Below, piece by piece: positions 20,379 through 30,083 of a stretch of 61,660 bases of DNA. The notes under the pieces were generated by a model. The model was given only the letters and a program-made list of their open reading frames with translations, ran no database searches and was not told the DNA's origin. The first letter of the stretch is position 1, and each line of letters starts with the position of its first letter. Source of the DNA: Bacteroidota bacterium. Its GTDB lineage: Bacteria > Bacteroidota > Bacteroidia > UKL13-3. A program made the position numbers and the translations under genes. The stretch spans positions 1-61,660 of the forward strand of contig CANGPW010000004.1 of the NCBI GenBank assembly GCA_947456185.1. Direction: 5' to 3'.

Positions 20379-21647
20379 CTATCTAACCTTTAAAGTAATT
20401 ATTGTGATTATGGCTAACATGATTCCGATAATCCAAAAACGGGTTACTATTTTTGACTCATGGAAACCTAATTTCTGATAATGATGATGCAAAGGTGACA
20501 TTTTAAAAAGTCGGTTTGCTTTGGCAAACTCAATTCCGTGTTTACGCTTTTGATATTTGAAATAATAAACTTGTAAAATCACTGATAAATTTTCTACTAA
20601 AAACACGCCACATAATATTGGAATCAATAATTCTTTGCGAACCATGATAGCGAATACTGCAATTATTCCGCCTAATGACAATGAACCAGTATCGCCCATG
20701 AACACTTGAGCGGGAAATGCATTGTACCATAAAAAACCAACACAAGCTCCTACCAATGCACCACCAAAAATTACCATTTCGCCAAGGTTAGGAATGTACA
20801 TTACACCTAAATAATCAGAAAAAACTAAGTTGCCACTTACATAAGCAAAAAGACTTAATACCAATGCAATAATTGCGGTAATTCCCGCAGCCAAACCGTC
20901 AATTCCATCGGTTATATTTGCTCCATTTGAAACCGCGGTGATAATGAAAGTTACTACTACTAAAAACAATAAATAATTATACTCTTCAAAGCCATTCCAA
21001 ATCCAACTTAACAAATATTTATAATCAAACTCAGTAGATTTAAAGAATGGAATAGTCGTGGTTGTAGCTTTCTCGTCTTGCGAGTACATAATTTGTCCGT
21101 CAATCACAGTTTGAGTTAAATGATTGGCTTGAATAAATTCTGTTGTTACATCTTGCGGCTTAAAAAATTCTTTGGTTTTTACATGTTGGTTATAATACAA
21201 AGTAGTAGCTACAATTACACTTATTCCAACTTGACCTACAATTTTAAATCTGCCCGCAAGTCCTTCTTTGTTCTTTTTAAATACTTTTATATAATCGTCT
21301 AAAAAGCCTACTAAACCTAACCAAATGGTAGTTATTACTGCTAAAATTATATATACATTATTGATTCGAGCAAATAATAATGTAGGCAATAAAATAGCAG
21401 CCAAAATTATTAAACCACCCATGGTTGGTGTTCCAACTTTTGCTTTTTCGCCTGCTAATCCTAAATCACGAATTTCATCAGCTACTTGTAAACTACGTAA
21501 TTTTGCAATTAAAGTTTTACCATAAACCATAGAAATAGTTAACGATAAAATAATGGCAATAGCTGCTCTGAATGAAATGTATTGAAACATTCCCGCTCCA
21601 GGGAAATTAAAGGTTTTATCTAAGTAATCAAATAAGTAATACAGCAT
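20379..21647 (-). CDS. mraY: Phospho-N-acetylmuramoyl-pentapeptide transferase
   Basis: [37 protein letters not shown]. Confidence 0.98.
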   Translation of the reverse strand: MLYYLFDYLDKTFNFPGAGMFQYISFRAAIAIILSLTISMVYGKTLIAKLRSLQVADEIRDLGLAGEKAKVGTPTMGGLIILAAILLPTLLFARINNVYIILAVITTIWLGLVGFLDDYIKVFKKNKEGLAGRFKIVGQVGISVIVATTLYYNQHVKTKEFFKPQDVTTEFIQANHLTQTVIDGQIMYSQDEKATTTTIPFFKSTEFDYKYLLSWIWNGFEEYNYLLFLVVVTFIITAVSNGANITDGIDGLAAGITAIIALVLSLFAYVSGNLVFSDYLGVMYIPNLGEMVIFGGALVGACVGFLWYNAFPAQVFMGDTGSLSLGGIIAVFAIMVRKELLIPILCGVFLVENLSVILQVYYFKYQKRKHGIEFAKANRLFKMSPLHHHYQKLGFHESKIVTRFWIIGIMLAIITIITLKVR

Positions 21648-21693
21648 AATCTTGTTGTTTATTTGTGTTTATTTTTTAGTTTTAAAATTCTAT

Positions 21694-23157
21694 TTATTGC
21701 ATTAATTCAAACATTTCTTTCAATATTTCTTTATCATCAAAATGATGTTTTACGCCATTTATTTCTTGATAAGTTTCGTGGCCTTTTCCTGCTACCAAAA
21801 TAATATCGCCTTTATTGGCCATGCCAACAGCTGCTTTTATTGCTTCTTTTCTGTTGGTGATTCTCAATGTTTTTTTATAATGAACAGGATCAACACCTTT
21901 TTGCATTTCGTTTATAATAATTTCAGGATCTTCATTTCTAGGATTATCAGAAGTGAAAATTACTTTGTTACTCAACTTAGTGGCAACATCTGCCATTAAA
22001 GGTCTTTTGGTAGCATCTCTATTGCCACCGCAACCAACTACAGTTATTAATTGTTCATTATTTGTTCTAACGCCATTAATAGTTGCAAGTACATTTTTTA
22101 ATGCATCTGGTGTGTGCGCATAATCAACAATTGCAACAATTCCATTAGTAGATTTTATTAAATCAAAACGTCCATTTACCGAACTTAAACTCGATAAAAG
22201 TGTAATGATTTCCTTTTTTTCTTTTCCTAATAAAAATGCTGCACCATAAACAGCTAATAAATTATACGCATTAAACTCCCCTACTAATCTAAACCAAGCC
22301 TCGTCACCATTCATGTTTAAAAGCATTCCATCAAAATCGGCTTCCATAATTTTTACTTTAAAATCGGCCATCGATTTTAAAGAATAAGTGTAACGAGTAG
22401 CTTTGGTATTTTGAAGCATGACCATGCCATTTTTATCATCTTTATTGGTCAATGCAAATGCATCATCATTTACATCGTCAAATAGTTTTTTCTTAGCTTT
22501 TATGTAATTATCAAATGTTACATGATAATCCAAATGGTCGTGGGTGATATTGGTAAATAATACCCCTGTAAAATGCAATCCTTTTATTCTATTTTGGTCA
22601 ATGGCATGTGAGCTAGCTTCCATAAAACAATATTCACAACCAGATTCCAACATTTGTTGTAAAAGTTCATTTATTCTTATAGAATCAGGCGTAGTGTGTG
22701 TACTTGGAATAACTGTTTCATTGATTTGATTTTGAACAGTAGAAAGCAAACCAACATGATGTCCAAACTTGCGAAACAAACTAAATAACAAACTAGCAAC
22801 GGTGGTTTTTCCATTGGTTCCAGTTACTGCTACTAATATTAATTTTTTAGAAGGATGATTATAAAATTCTGCTGCCATTAAAGCCATAGCTTCACTGGTA
22901 TTTGTAACTTGAATAAATGCAATTTCTGAATTTATCTCAGCTGGTAAAACCTGACAAACAATGGCTTTACATCCTTTTTCAATTACATTAGCAATATAAT
23001 TATGTCCGTCAACTTGCGTTCCTTTTATAGCAAAAAATACAGCATCAGTAGTTACATTTCTAGAATCATAAGTAAGCAAAGAAATTTCATTCTCCATGTT
23101 TCCATGAACTGAAATTGTTTGAACTGATTGAATAAGATGTGCTAATTTTTTTGCCAT
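21694..23157 (-). CDS. murE: UDP-MurNAc-dipeptide--meso-DAP ligase
   Basis: TGTNGKTT, HTTPD, MEASSHA, DYAHTPDAL, SDNPR (DAP specificity), AGKGHE. Confidence 0.98.
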   Translation of the reverse strand: MAKKLAHLIQSVQTISVHGNMENEISLLTYDSRNVTTDAVFFAIKGTQVDGHNYIANVIEKGCKAIVCQVLPAEINSEIAFIQVTNTSEAMALMAAEFYNHPSKKLILVAVTGTNGKTTVASLLFSLFRKFGHHVGLLSTVQNQINETVIPSTHTTPDSIRINELLQQMLESGCEYCFMEASSHAIDQNRIKGLHFTGVLFTNITHDHLDYHVTFDNYIKAKKKLFDDVNDDAFALTNKDDKNGMVMLQNTKATRYTYSLKSMADFKVKIMEADFDGMLLNMNGDEAWFRLVGEFNAYNLLAVYGAAFLLGKEKKEIITLLSSLSSVNGRFDLIKSTNGIVAIVDYAHTPDALKNVLATINGVRTNNEQLITVVGCGGNRDATKRPLMADVATKLSNKVIFTSDNPRNEDPEIIINEMQKGVDPVHYKKTLRITNRKEAIKAAVGMANKGDIILVAGKGHETYQEINGVKHHFDDKEILKEMFELMQ

Positions 23158-23161
23158 AAAA

Positions 23162-25297
23162 CTATCCTAAAATTAAATTTACTTTTGAACCTTTGCTTAA
23201 AACTGAACCTGCTTTTAGAGATTGTTGTTTTACTCTTCCAAATCCATTGATACTTACTTTTAAACCTTTACTTTCTAATAAGTACGTGGCATCTTTTGCC
23301 GACATTCCTTTAACGTCTGGCATTTGCTTGGCAACATTTATTACAGGAAATAGTGATAAAGCATTGTCTTTTTGTTGAATTTTCAACCAATTTGTTTCCA
23401 TGTCATTGATGGAATCATTTTCTAAATGCGATGAAATTCCAACTTCATCTAAAATGGTTTTTACATTTTCTTTATACGCCTTGCTTACTTGTGGCAAATC
23501 GCTTGAAAAAGAAGTGTAAGTTTCTCTTACATCCTTATGAATATTGGTAGTGGTTGCATATATTTTATTTGCTAAATCTTTAAAAACCGGCAAAGCCAAT
23601 TGTGCGCCATAAATCATGCTTCCTTGCGGACGAATAACTACTACGTAACAACTGTATTTTGGTTTTTCGGCAGGAAAATAGCCACACCAAGAAGCTCTAT
23701 AAACCTTGGCTCCACCTTGAAAAAAATCTTCCCCTTTTTGAATAATTGCAGTGCCTGTTTTACCCGCAAATGTGTATGGTAAATTAGCATTTTCTTTATT
23801 GTAACCAGTACCATTTTTTACCACACCTTCCATCATGTTTTTTAATTGAGTAACGGTACTGTTTTTACAAATTTGTTTATTTATTACTTGCGTTTTAAAT
23901 TCCTTTTCAACCTTTCCCGCTTTCATAATTGTTTTAACAAAATATGGATTTACCATGACTCCATTATTTGCAATGGCATTATAAACAGTAAGTATTTGTA
24001 ATGGTGTTAATGAAATTCCATAACCTCTGCTAATGGCCGACAAATCACTCTTACTCCATTCCTTACTTTTTGGTTTTAAAAATATTGGAGCTTGCGCACC
24101 TAACATTTGTAAATTCAAATTTTTGTTCAAACCAATTTTATCTAAAAATTCATAATGCATACTTGGGTTTCTATCGTAGTATTTTGCTATTTGCTTTGCA
24201 AAAGCCACATTCGATGACATTTCAAAAGCTTGTTGCATATTTAATTCTAGGTAACTGTGAGAGTCTTCCACCAACCTGCCATAAACCATTGCTTTACCAC
24301 CTTCTACATTTACTGTACTTGCGGGAGTAACAAAACCATTGTCTAACAAACTCATCATGGTTACTAATTTAAAGGTAGAACCTGGCTGCATTCTGGTTCT
24401 AATAGCATCGTTTAAACTTTCCTCATAAGTACCATCAGCTTTTCTAGTAAGGTTAGCAATGGCCTTAATTTCACCCGTTTCCACTTCCATTAAAATGGCT
24501 GTTCCACGCATTGCCATGTTATTTTGCAAAACCTTTAAAAGCGATTGTTGTGCCACATCTTGTAAGTTGATGTCTATAGTTGAAATAATATCGCAACCAT
24601 TTTCAGCTTCTTCTTTTTCTTCATTATTGATTGGAACATATACGCCACCAGAAACTCTTTGGGTTAATTGAACTCCATTTTTTCCGGATAAATAATCATT
24701 GAAAAAACCTTCTAAACCTACAAACTTTTTGGCCTCTTCATTTACAAAACCAATTGTTCTAAATGCCAATGATTGAAATGGTTTTACTCTTGTTGATCTA
24801 TCTTTTATAATTAAGCCGCCAGTAATTTTTCCTATTCTAAATAACGGAAATTTTTTTACGCGTAAAATCTGTTGGTGACTTACTCTTTTCTTTAAAAAAT
24901 AATATCCATTTCTACTGCTTCTTACATTTTTAAAAATGGTTTTATATTCACCTGCTGTTTTATCATTAAACTCATTGCTAAAGCAATACGACAATGAATC
25001 AATGTATTTATCAAAAGTATCTTTTACCGAAAATGATGGTGCGGTGGCATCTATAATAATATCGTAAATAGGTAATGAAGTAGAAAGTAATGAACCATTA
25101 CAATCAAAAATATTTCCTCTAATGGCATCTATTTTTTGTTTTTTTATTGAATATTCAGTGGCTTCTTTTTTCCATTTTTTAGCTTCATTGAATTGAATAT
25201 TATAAACATAATAAATAATTGCGCAAGCAAATACAAGCATAAATCCAAATATGGTTAATGTGCGAAATAGTATTGTTTTACGTGCGTTAATTGCCAT
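23162..25297 (-). CDS. ftsI: Class B penicillin-binding protein (FtsI/PBP3) with PASTA domain
   Basis: RGNIFD, PGSTFK (SxxK), SSN, KTGTA, C-terminal MPDVKGMS PASTA. Confidence 0.92.
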   Translation of the reverse strand: MAINARKTILFRTLTIFGFMLVFACAIIYYVYNIQFNEAKKWKKEATEYSIKKQKIDAIRGNIFDCNGSLLSTSLPIYDIIIDATAPSFSVKDTFDKYIDSLSYCFSNEFNDKTAGEYKTIFKNVRSSRNGYYFLKKRVSHQQILRVKKFPLFRIGKITGGLIIKDRSTRVKPFQSLAFRTIGFVNEEAKKFVGLEGFFNDYLSGKNGVQLTQRVSGGVYVPINNEEKEEAENGCDIISTIDINLQDVAQQSLLKVLQNNMAMRGTAILMEVETGEIKAIANLTRKADGTYEESLNDAIRTRMQPGSTFKLVTMMSLLDNGFVTPASTVNVEGGKAMVYGRLVEDSHSYLELNMQQAFEMSSNVAFAKQIAKYYDRNPSMHYEFLDKIGLNKNLNLQMLGAQAPIFLKPKSKEWSKSDLSAISRGYGISLTPLQILTVYNAIANNGVMVNPYFVKTIMKAGKVEKEFKTQVINKQICKNSTVTQLKNMMEGVVKNGTGYNKENANLPYTFAGKTGTAIIQKGEDFFQGGAKVYRASWCGYFPAEKPKYSCYVVVIRPQGSMIYGAQLALPVFKDLANKIYATTTNIHKDVRETYTSFSSDLPQVSKAYKENVKTILDEVGISSHLENDSINDMETNWLKIQQKDNALSLFPVINVAKQMPDVKGMSAKDATYLLESKGLKVSINGFGRVKQQSLKAGSVLSKGSKVNLILG

Positions 25298-25300
25298 TTT

Positions 25301-25714
25301 TTACTCTATTGTAATTTTTGTTGGAGGAACAACTGCTTCCTTCACATAATTTGTATCTTTTCCTATTCTGTTTTGAATACTGTATTCTTTTAATTTTTCA
25401 GCAATATTTGATTGCCTGCTGGCATTCATTATTTCACTTAAAATAATGATGTATTCATTCCTTAATTCTTTATTTTCTTTTGATAATTTATCAATTTTTT
25501 TATTCAATATATCATTGTTATGACTACTAAAAATAAGCACTCCTATTAAACAAAAACAAAATATTATAAATGGCAATTGATTGTAAAACATGTTTACATT
25601 CAGCTTGAAATCAATTTCAGACAAACGCTTCACGGCACCTTCAATTTGTGAAGTGTCGGGCTTTTTCTCTTCTTTAATTTCAGGCTCATCGCCAGTTATT
25701 ATTTTATTGCTCAC
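25301..25714 (-). CDS. ftsL: FtsL-like cell division protein
   Basis: TM helix plus coiled coil (KIDKLSKENKELRNEY) between rsmH and ftsI; GTG start. Confidence 0.75.
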   Translation of the reverse strand: MSNKIITGDEPEIKEEKKPDTSQIEGAVKRLSEIDFKLNVNMFYNQLPFIIFCFCLIGVLIFSSHNNDILNKKIDKLSKENKELRNEYIIILSEIMNASRQSNIAEKLKEYSIQNRIGKDTNYVKEAVVPPTKITIE

Positions 25715-25729
25715 TTATCATTTAGCTTT

Positions 25730-26629
25730 TTATAATCGTTCGGCAACTCTTAATTTTGCACTTCGCGACCTGTTATTTTCTTCTTGTTCTTTATCGGTGG
25801 CCACAGCTGCTTTTTTGTTCAATGGATTAAATGGACGATTGATATTTCCAAAGAAATCTTTTTCTAATTCACCCATTAAATTACCGCTGTTCATGTAGTT
25901 TTTTACCAATCTATCTTCTAACGAATGGTAACTCATGAACACCAGTCTTCCTTTTGGTTTCAGCAAACTGTCACATTGCAAAAGCATTTTTTCTAATACA
26001 TCTAACTCTTGGTTCACTTCTATTCTGATGGCTTGAAAAACTTGCGCATAAAACTTAAAGTCTTTAAACTTTGGCGCTGAACTTTTCAAAGCATCTTTTA
26101 ATTCACCTACAGTTTCAATGTCTTTTCCGGTGCGTGCCGCAATAATTTCGGCTGCTAATTTGCGCGATTGGTGCAACTCGCCATACTTATAAAATACATT
26201 TGCCAAAGCATCTGCTTTGTATTCATTAATTACTTTATGCGCACTTAATCGCTGACTTTGGCTCATGCGCATATCTAAAACTGCATCATCAAAACGAATA
26301 GAAAAACCGCGTTCTCCAATGTCAAATTGATGAGAAGAAACACCTAAATCGGCCAATAAACCATCTACTTTATCAAAGCCTTGGTATTGTACATGATTTT
26401 TCAAAAACTCAAAATTTTGATCTATAAAAATCAAACGATCATCCTTTATCAAATTACGTTTTGCATCTTCATCTTGATCAAAAGCTATCAATCTTCCTTT
26501 TTTACTTAACCTATCTAAAATAGCTTTACTATGTCCACCTCCACCATAAGTTACATCCACATAAATACCATCAGGATTGATGTTTAATCCTTCAAGGCAT
26601 TCGTTTAACATGACTGGGTTGTGGTACAT
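25730..26629 (-). CDS. rsmH: 16S rRNA m4C1402 methyltransferase
   Basis: HNPVML, DVTYGGGGH, DLGVSSHQ, FQAIRIEVN, SYHSLEDR, RSRSAKLR. Confidence 0.98.
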   Translation of the reverse strand: MYHNPVMLNECLEGLNINPDGIYVDVTYGGGGHSKAILDRLSKKGRLIAFDQDEDAKRNLIKDDRLIFIDQNFEFLKNHVQYQGFDKVDGLLADLGVSSHQFDIGERGFSIRFDDAVLDMRMSQSQRLSAHKVINEYKADALANVFYKYGELHQSRKLAAEIIAARTGKDIETVGELKDALKSSAPKFKDFKFYAQVFQAIRIEVNQELDVLEKMLLQCDSLLKPKGRLVFMSYHSLEDRLVKNYMNSGNLMGELEKDFFGNINRPFNPLNKKAAVATDKEQEENNRSRSAKLRVAERL

Positions 26630-26631
26630 TT

Positions 26632-26688
26632 TAGTTGATAGTTGTTAGTTTTTAGTTTCTTAGTTTTTAGTACTTAGTACTTAGTTGC
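26632..26688. repeat. 7-mer array TAGTNNN x8 immediately upstream of the rsmH start
   Basis: tagttga tagttgt tagtttt tagtttct tagtttt tagtact tagtact tagttgc. Confidence 0.85.
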
Positions 26689-26726
26689 ATTTAATTCAAA
26701 ATTTTATTGGTCATTGTTACTTTTTT

Positions 26727-26747
26727 CCGTTGGCTAAAGCCAAACGG
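26727..26747. repeat. REP-like hairpin
   Basis: CCGTTGGCT-AA-AGCCAAACGG. Confidence 0.5.
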
Positions 26748-26775
26748 CTATTCATCTTTTGCTCATTGCACATGC

Positions 26776-26793
26776 CTCCCGATGCATCGGGAG
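26776..26793. repeat. Perfect 18-bp palindrome embedded in a GCNCATT 7-mer array
   Basis: CTCCCGATGCATCGGGAG is its own reverse complement. Confidence 0.85.
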
Positions 26794-26801
26794 CACATTG
26801 C

Positions 26802-27263
26802 CTATTGCTCATTGTTACTCCTTTTGCTCATTACTTCTTCGGCTAAAGCACTAAAGTCTTCTGGTTCGGCATTCAGCATGGTTTCATACTCTGTTTTACT
26901 CCATATTTCTACTTTATTGCCGTAGGCTAACAAAACAATTTCGCCTTTTAAGTTTGCATACTCTTGTAATGGTTTTGGTAATAAAACACGACTTGCAGTA
27001 TCCATGTCTAATTTACTTGCACCACGCAAAAAGTAGCGTTTAAATTCTCTTTCCTTTTTTATATAATCACTTAGTTTATTTATTTCTCCTGCTATGTTAT
27101 CCCATTCGTTTGCGGGATACATGACACAGCATTTTTCAAAACCACGATTGATAAAAAAAGAATCCTTAGCCTCCACAGGAAGTTGCTTTTTCAATGCTGC
27201 AGGAATTATCAACCTGCCTTTAGCATCTATTTTACATTCATATTCTCCGTGTAGGTTTATCAT
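26802..27263 (-). CDS. mraZ: Division/cell-wall cluster transcriptional regulator MraZ
   Basis: IDAKGRLIIP, DTASRVLLP, VEIWS; first gene of dcw. Confidence 0.96.
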   Translation of the reverse strand: MINLHGEYECKIDAKGRLIIPAALKKQLPVEAKDSFFINRGFEKCCVMYPANEWDNIAGEINKLSDYIKKEREFKRYFLRGASKLDMDTASRVLLPKPLQEYANLKGEIVLLAYGNKVEIWSKTEYETMLNAEPEDFSALAEEVMSKRSNNEQ

Positions 27264-27300
27264 TTTTTTTTCTTACAACGCTGTAAAAATAAAACAAAAA

Positions 27301-27326
27301 TCCACTTTTCTCCACTTTCCTCCACT
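27301..27326 (-). promoter_or_regulatory. MraZ-binding direct repeats
   Basis: Three AGTGGA copies with exact 10-bp period upstream of mraZ. Confidence 0.8.
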
Positions 27327-27328
27327 TT

Positions 27329-27439
27329 TGTGCATAAATGAGCTTTTTTTATATTCACATTTTGCTTAAAAGAAATTAACAATGTCGCAGTTACCTAAGG
27401 CGCAAACCGTGAATAACCCATTTTGTAAAGTTTTCAACA
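27329..27439. promoter_or_regulatory. Cluster of DnaA-box-like 9-mers
   Basis: TTATGCACA (rc, 27329-37, matches TTWTNCACA); one-mismatch copies at 27351, 27408 (rc) and 27431. Confidence 0.45.
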
Positions 27440-27676
27440 AAAACCACTTTAAAATCTTGATATTGGAAATAAACCTCGTTTTTGGAATTTAAAATTGGTT
27501 TATGGAGCTAAAAATACACGTTAAAAAACAGTATTTTTAACGAATAATTTTTTGTGCTTTTTTATAAATAATTGGAAAGGTTTTTCGAAAAAAAATTCTA
27601 GAAAAAAAACTAACAATTAGACCTAATATGTTTTTAAATTTTTAATTTTTTACGAAAATATTAATAAATACATCTT

Positions 27677-27684
27677 TACATTTG
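27677..27684 (+). promoter_or_regulatory. Bacteroidota sigma70 -7 element
   Basis: TACATTTG = TAnnTTTG, 25 nt before ATG 27710. Confidence 0.6.
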
Positions 27685-27709
27685 CTGTAGTATTTGAATA
27701 AAAATATTT

Positions 27710-28954
27710 ATGAAAACTAAAATTACTATCAGCATTTTGTTCATAGCTATAAGCCTTGGATTATTTGCACAAAGTTTAACCGTTAGTCCAAACAAAGCCT
27801 CGGCTGGTCAAACATTTGCGGTTACTATTTCAGGAAAAAACACCGCATTTTTAACGGGTATAAACACCATTGATTTTGTATATAATAGTGCTATTACAAA
27901 AGATGCTATTTTTTCAAATCAAAATGTAGTGAATGATTCTTTGATTTCAGGTACGATATCTATTTCAAGTACAATTCCTAACCCTTATTATTTTTCTTTA
28001 CGTATTTCAAATACCATAAACCCACCAATTAATTTATTAAGCGGCATATCAATTCCAGATGCTGATACCATTATTCCAAGATTATATTCAACAGATAATT
28101 CTAGAGGATTTAATATTGGGCAATCCAATTATTTAAGAATACGTGGCAAAAACACTCACTTAACAACTACCAAAAACAATATTATAAAGTTTTATAAATA
28201 CGGAATTGAAAGTAAAAGTATCAGCATTTCCAATATTAGAGTTTATTCATCTCCATATCCTTATGAATTATGGATTGATTTAATTGTTGATATAAAATCT
28301 AAACTTGGCTTTTATTCAATGAGCGTTGAAAACGAAATTGATGGCATCGTTTTTAAAGATAGCATTTTTGAAGTATTAAATCCATATCCAATGCTTATCA
28401 ATTCAATTGATAATAGATACGCAAAAAGAAATGAGATGAAAGATGTTTATATGGCTGGTTCGCAATACGCTAAATTTTTAACCAATCCTCCAACCATTTT
28501 ATTTACAAAAAATAATACAGTTTCAAAAGAAATTGAAGTTGTAAGTATTACTGCACAAAATGATTTAAACGCAACGGTTCGATTAAATGTAAAACCAACT
28601 GCTGAATTGGGAATATATACTATTGCTTATTTTTATCCTGCAGATTTAGATACCATGTTTTTAAAAAATTATTTTATAATTGGTGCGGCTGCGGGAACCA
28701 ATGAAACAAATGAAATTCAAACTAAGATATTCCCTAATCCTGCTAAAAACTTAATGAATATTGAAAGTAAAAATGATATTACAAGCCTTCAAATTTTTGA
28801 TATAATGGGCAAAGAAATTTTGAGTAAAATACCAGAAAAGTTAACCCAAAACCTACAAATTAATCTTTCAGAAATACTGATTCCAAAAGGAATTTACTTT
28901 ATAAAAATTCAAAGTTTGGAAGGTTTTATTACACAGAAATTAATTATTGAATAA
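27710..28954 (+). CDS. T9SS type-A substrate with about three Ig/IPT-like beta repeats
   Basis: Signal peptide; repeats VTISGKNTAF / LRIRGKNTHL; CTD IFPNPAK...GIYFIKI...KLIIE. Confidence 0.8.
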   Translation: MKTKITISILFIAISLGLFAQSLTVSPNKASAGQTFAVTISGKNTAFLTGINTIDFVYNSAITKDAIFSNQNVVNDSLISGTISISSTIPNPYYFSLRISNTINPPINLLSGISIPDADTIIPRLYSTDNSRGFNIGQSNYLRIRGKNTHLTTTKNNIIKFYKYGIESKSISISNIRVYSSPYPYELWIDLIVDIKSKLGFYSMSVENEIDGIVFKDSIFEVLNPYPMLINSIDNRYAKRNEMKDVYMAGSQYAKFLTNPPTILFTKNNTVSKEIEVVSITAQNDLNATVRLNVKPTAELGIYTIAYFYPADLDTMFLKNYFIIGAAAGTNETNEIQTKIFPNPAKNLMNIESKNDITSLQIFDIMGKEILSKIPEKLTQNLQINLSEILIPKGIYFIKIQSLEGFITQKLIIE

Positions 28955-28965
28955 CTACAGACAAT

Positions 28966-28997
28966 AGACCTGAAAGGTTTTGAAAAATGTCAGGTCT
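28966..28997. repeat. REP-like inverted repeat
   Basis: AGACCTGA-AAGGTTTTGAAAAATG-TCAGGTCT. Confidence 0.55.
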
Positions 28998-29003
28998 TGT
29001 TGC

Positions 29004-29037
29004 AAAAAAGTCTCTTATAAACATAAGGGACTTTTTT
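29004..29037 (+). terminator. Intrinsic terminator
   Basis: AAAAAAGTCTCTTAT-AAAC-ATAAGGGACTTTTTT. Confidence 0.8.
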
Positions 29038-29093
29038 GTTGTAAATGAAACCAACCTTTTTCTTACTTTCGCTGTCCTTTGTAAAACAAAAGC

Positions 29094-29993
29094 ATGACGA
29101 TTAAAGTAACTAATTTATCAAAAATATATGGCAGCCAAAAAGCCCTAGACAGCATTAGTTTTGAAGCGCATAAAGGCGAAATACTAGGTTTTTTAGGACC
29201 AAATGGTGCGGGAAAATCTACTACCATGAAAATTCTAACGGGCTATATTCCTGCTACTAGCGGACAAGCTTTTATCAATGGAATTGAAATTAACGAAAAC
29301 AGCATCGCCATTAGAAAAGAAGTAGGTTATTTACCTGAATTGAATCCACTTTACACCGACATGTATGTAAAAGAGTTTTTACTTTTTATAGCCAATAGTT
29401 ATGGAATTACCACAGGAGCTAACCAAGCTGCTGAAGAAATGATTTCCAAAACAGGTTTGAGCTTGGAACGCAAAAAGAAAATTAGTCAGTTAAGCAAAGG
29501 TTACAAACAACGTGTTGGCTTAGCAGCAGCCATGATTCACAACCCAAGTGTATTGATTTTAGATGAACCAACCAGTGGTTTAGATCCAAATCAAGTAAGT
29601 GAAATAAGAAATTTAATTAAGGAAATTGGCAAAAATAAAACAGTAATACTTTCGAGTCATATTATGCAAGAAGTTGAAGCCATGTGCGATAGAGTAATTA
29701 TTATCAATCGAGGTAAAATAGTGGCAGATGATAAAATTGAAAAACTGCAACAATCGTTTAGCAAAGAATATTTGATTTCGGTTCAATTTAAAAATAGTCC
29801 AACTATTGAAAGTATCAAAGCCATTGACAAAAACATAAAAGTATTGGCTACTAAAGATGGTTTTACCATTAATGCAAAAGAAGATATTAGAGAAAAAATT
29901 GCACAAAAAGCTGCTGAAAATAATTGGTTAATTTTAAGTATGAATTTGGAAGAAAGCTCGTTGGAACAAGTGTTTCAGAGTTTAACTAAATAG
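29094..29993 (+). CDS. gldA: Gliding-motility ABC transporter ATPase GldA
   Basis: GPNGAGKS, LSKGYKQRVG, LDEPTSGLDPNQ, SSHIMQEV; upstream of gldF/gldG. Confidence 0.88.
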   Translation: MTIKVTNLSKIYGSQKALDSISFEAHKGEILGFLGPNGAGKSTTMKILTGYIPATSGQAFINGIEINENSIAIRKEVGYLPELNPLYTDMYVKEFLLFIANSYGITTGANQAAEEMISKTGLSLERKKKISQLSKGYKQRVGLAAAMIHNPSVLILDEPTSGLDPNQVSEIRNLIKEIGKNKTVILSSHIMQEVEAMCDRVIIINRGKIVADDKIEKLQQSFSKEYLISVQFKNSPTIESIKAIDKNIKVLATKDGFTINAKEDIREKIAQKAAENNWLILSMNLEESSLEQVFQSLTK

Positions 29994-30077
29994 GCAATAG
30001 GCAATAGAAAATTGGCAAAAGGCAAATAATAAAATGTTTTAAAAAACTGAGTACTGAAAACTATGTACTAAAAACTA
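29991..30077. repeat. Two 7-mer arrays in the gldA-gldF spacer
   Basis: TAGGCAA-type x5 starting at the gldA stop (29991-30025); AAAACTA/AGTACTG x5 (30043-77). Confidence 0.85.
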
Positions 30078-30083
30078 AAAAAA

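Noticed and set aside
26707-26925. 72-aa plus-strand ORF
   Set aside because: Made of repeat and palindrome sequence plus mraZ antisense
11150-27263. dcw cluster lacks murF and ddl
   Set aside because: Usual arrangement in Bacteroidota
27264-27709. Replication origin at the divergent AT-rich spacer
   Set aside because: Only one consensus DnaA box, no typical origin-linked genes, and gene orientation reverts to minus after 33.7 kb
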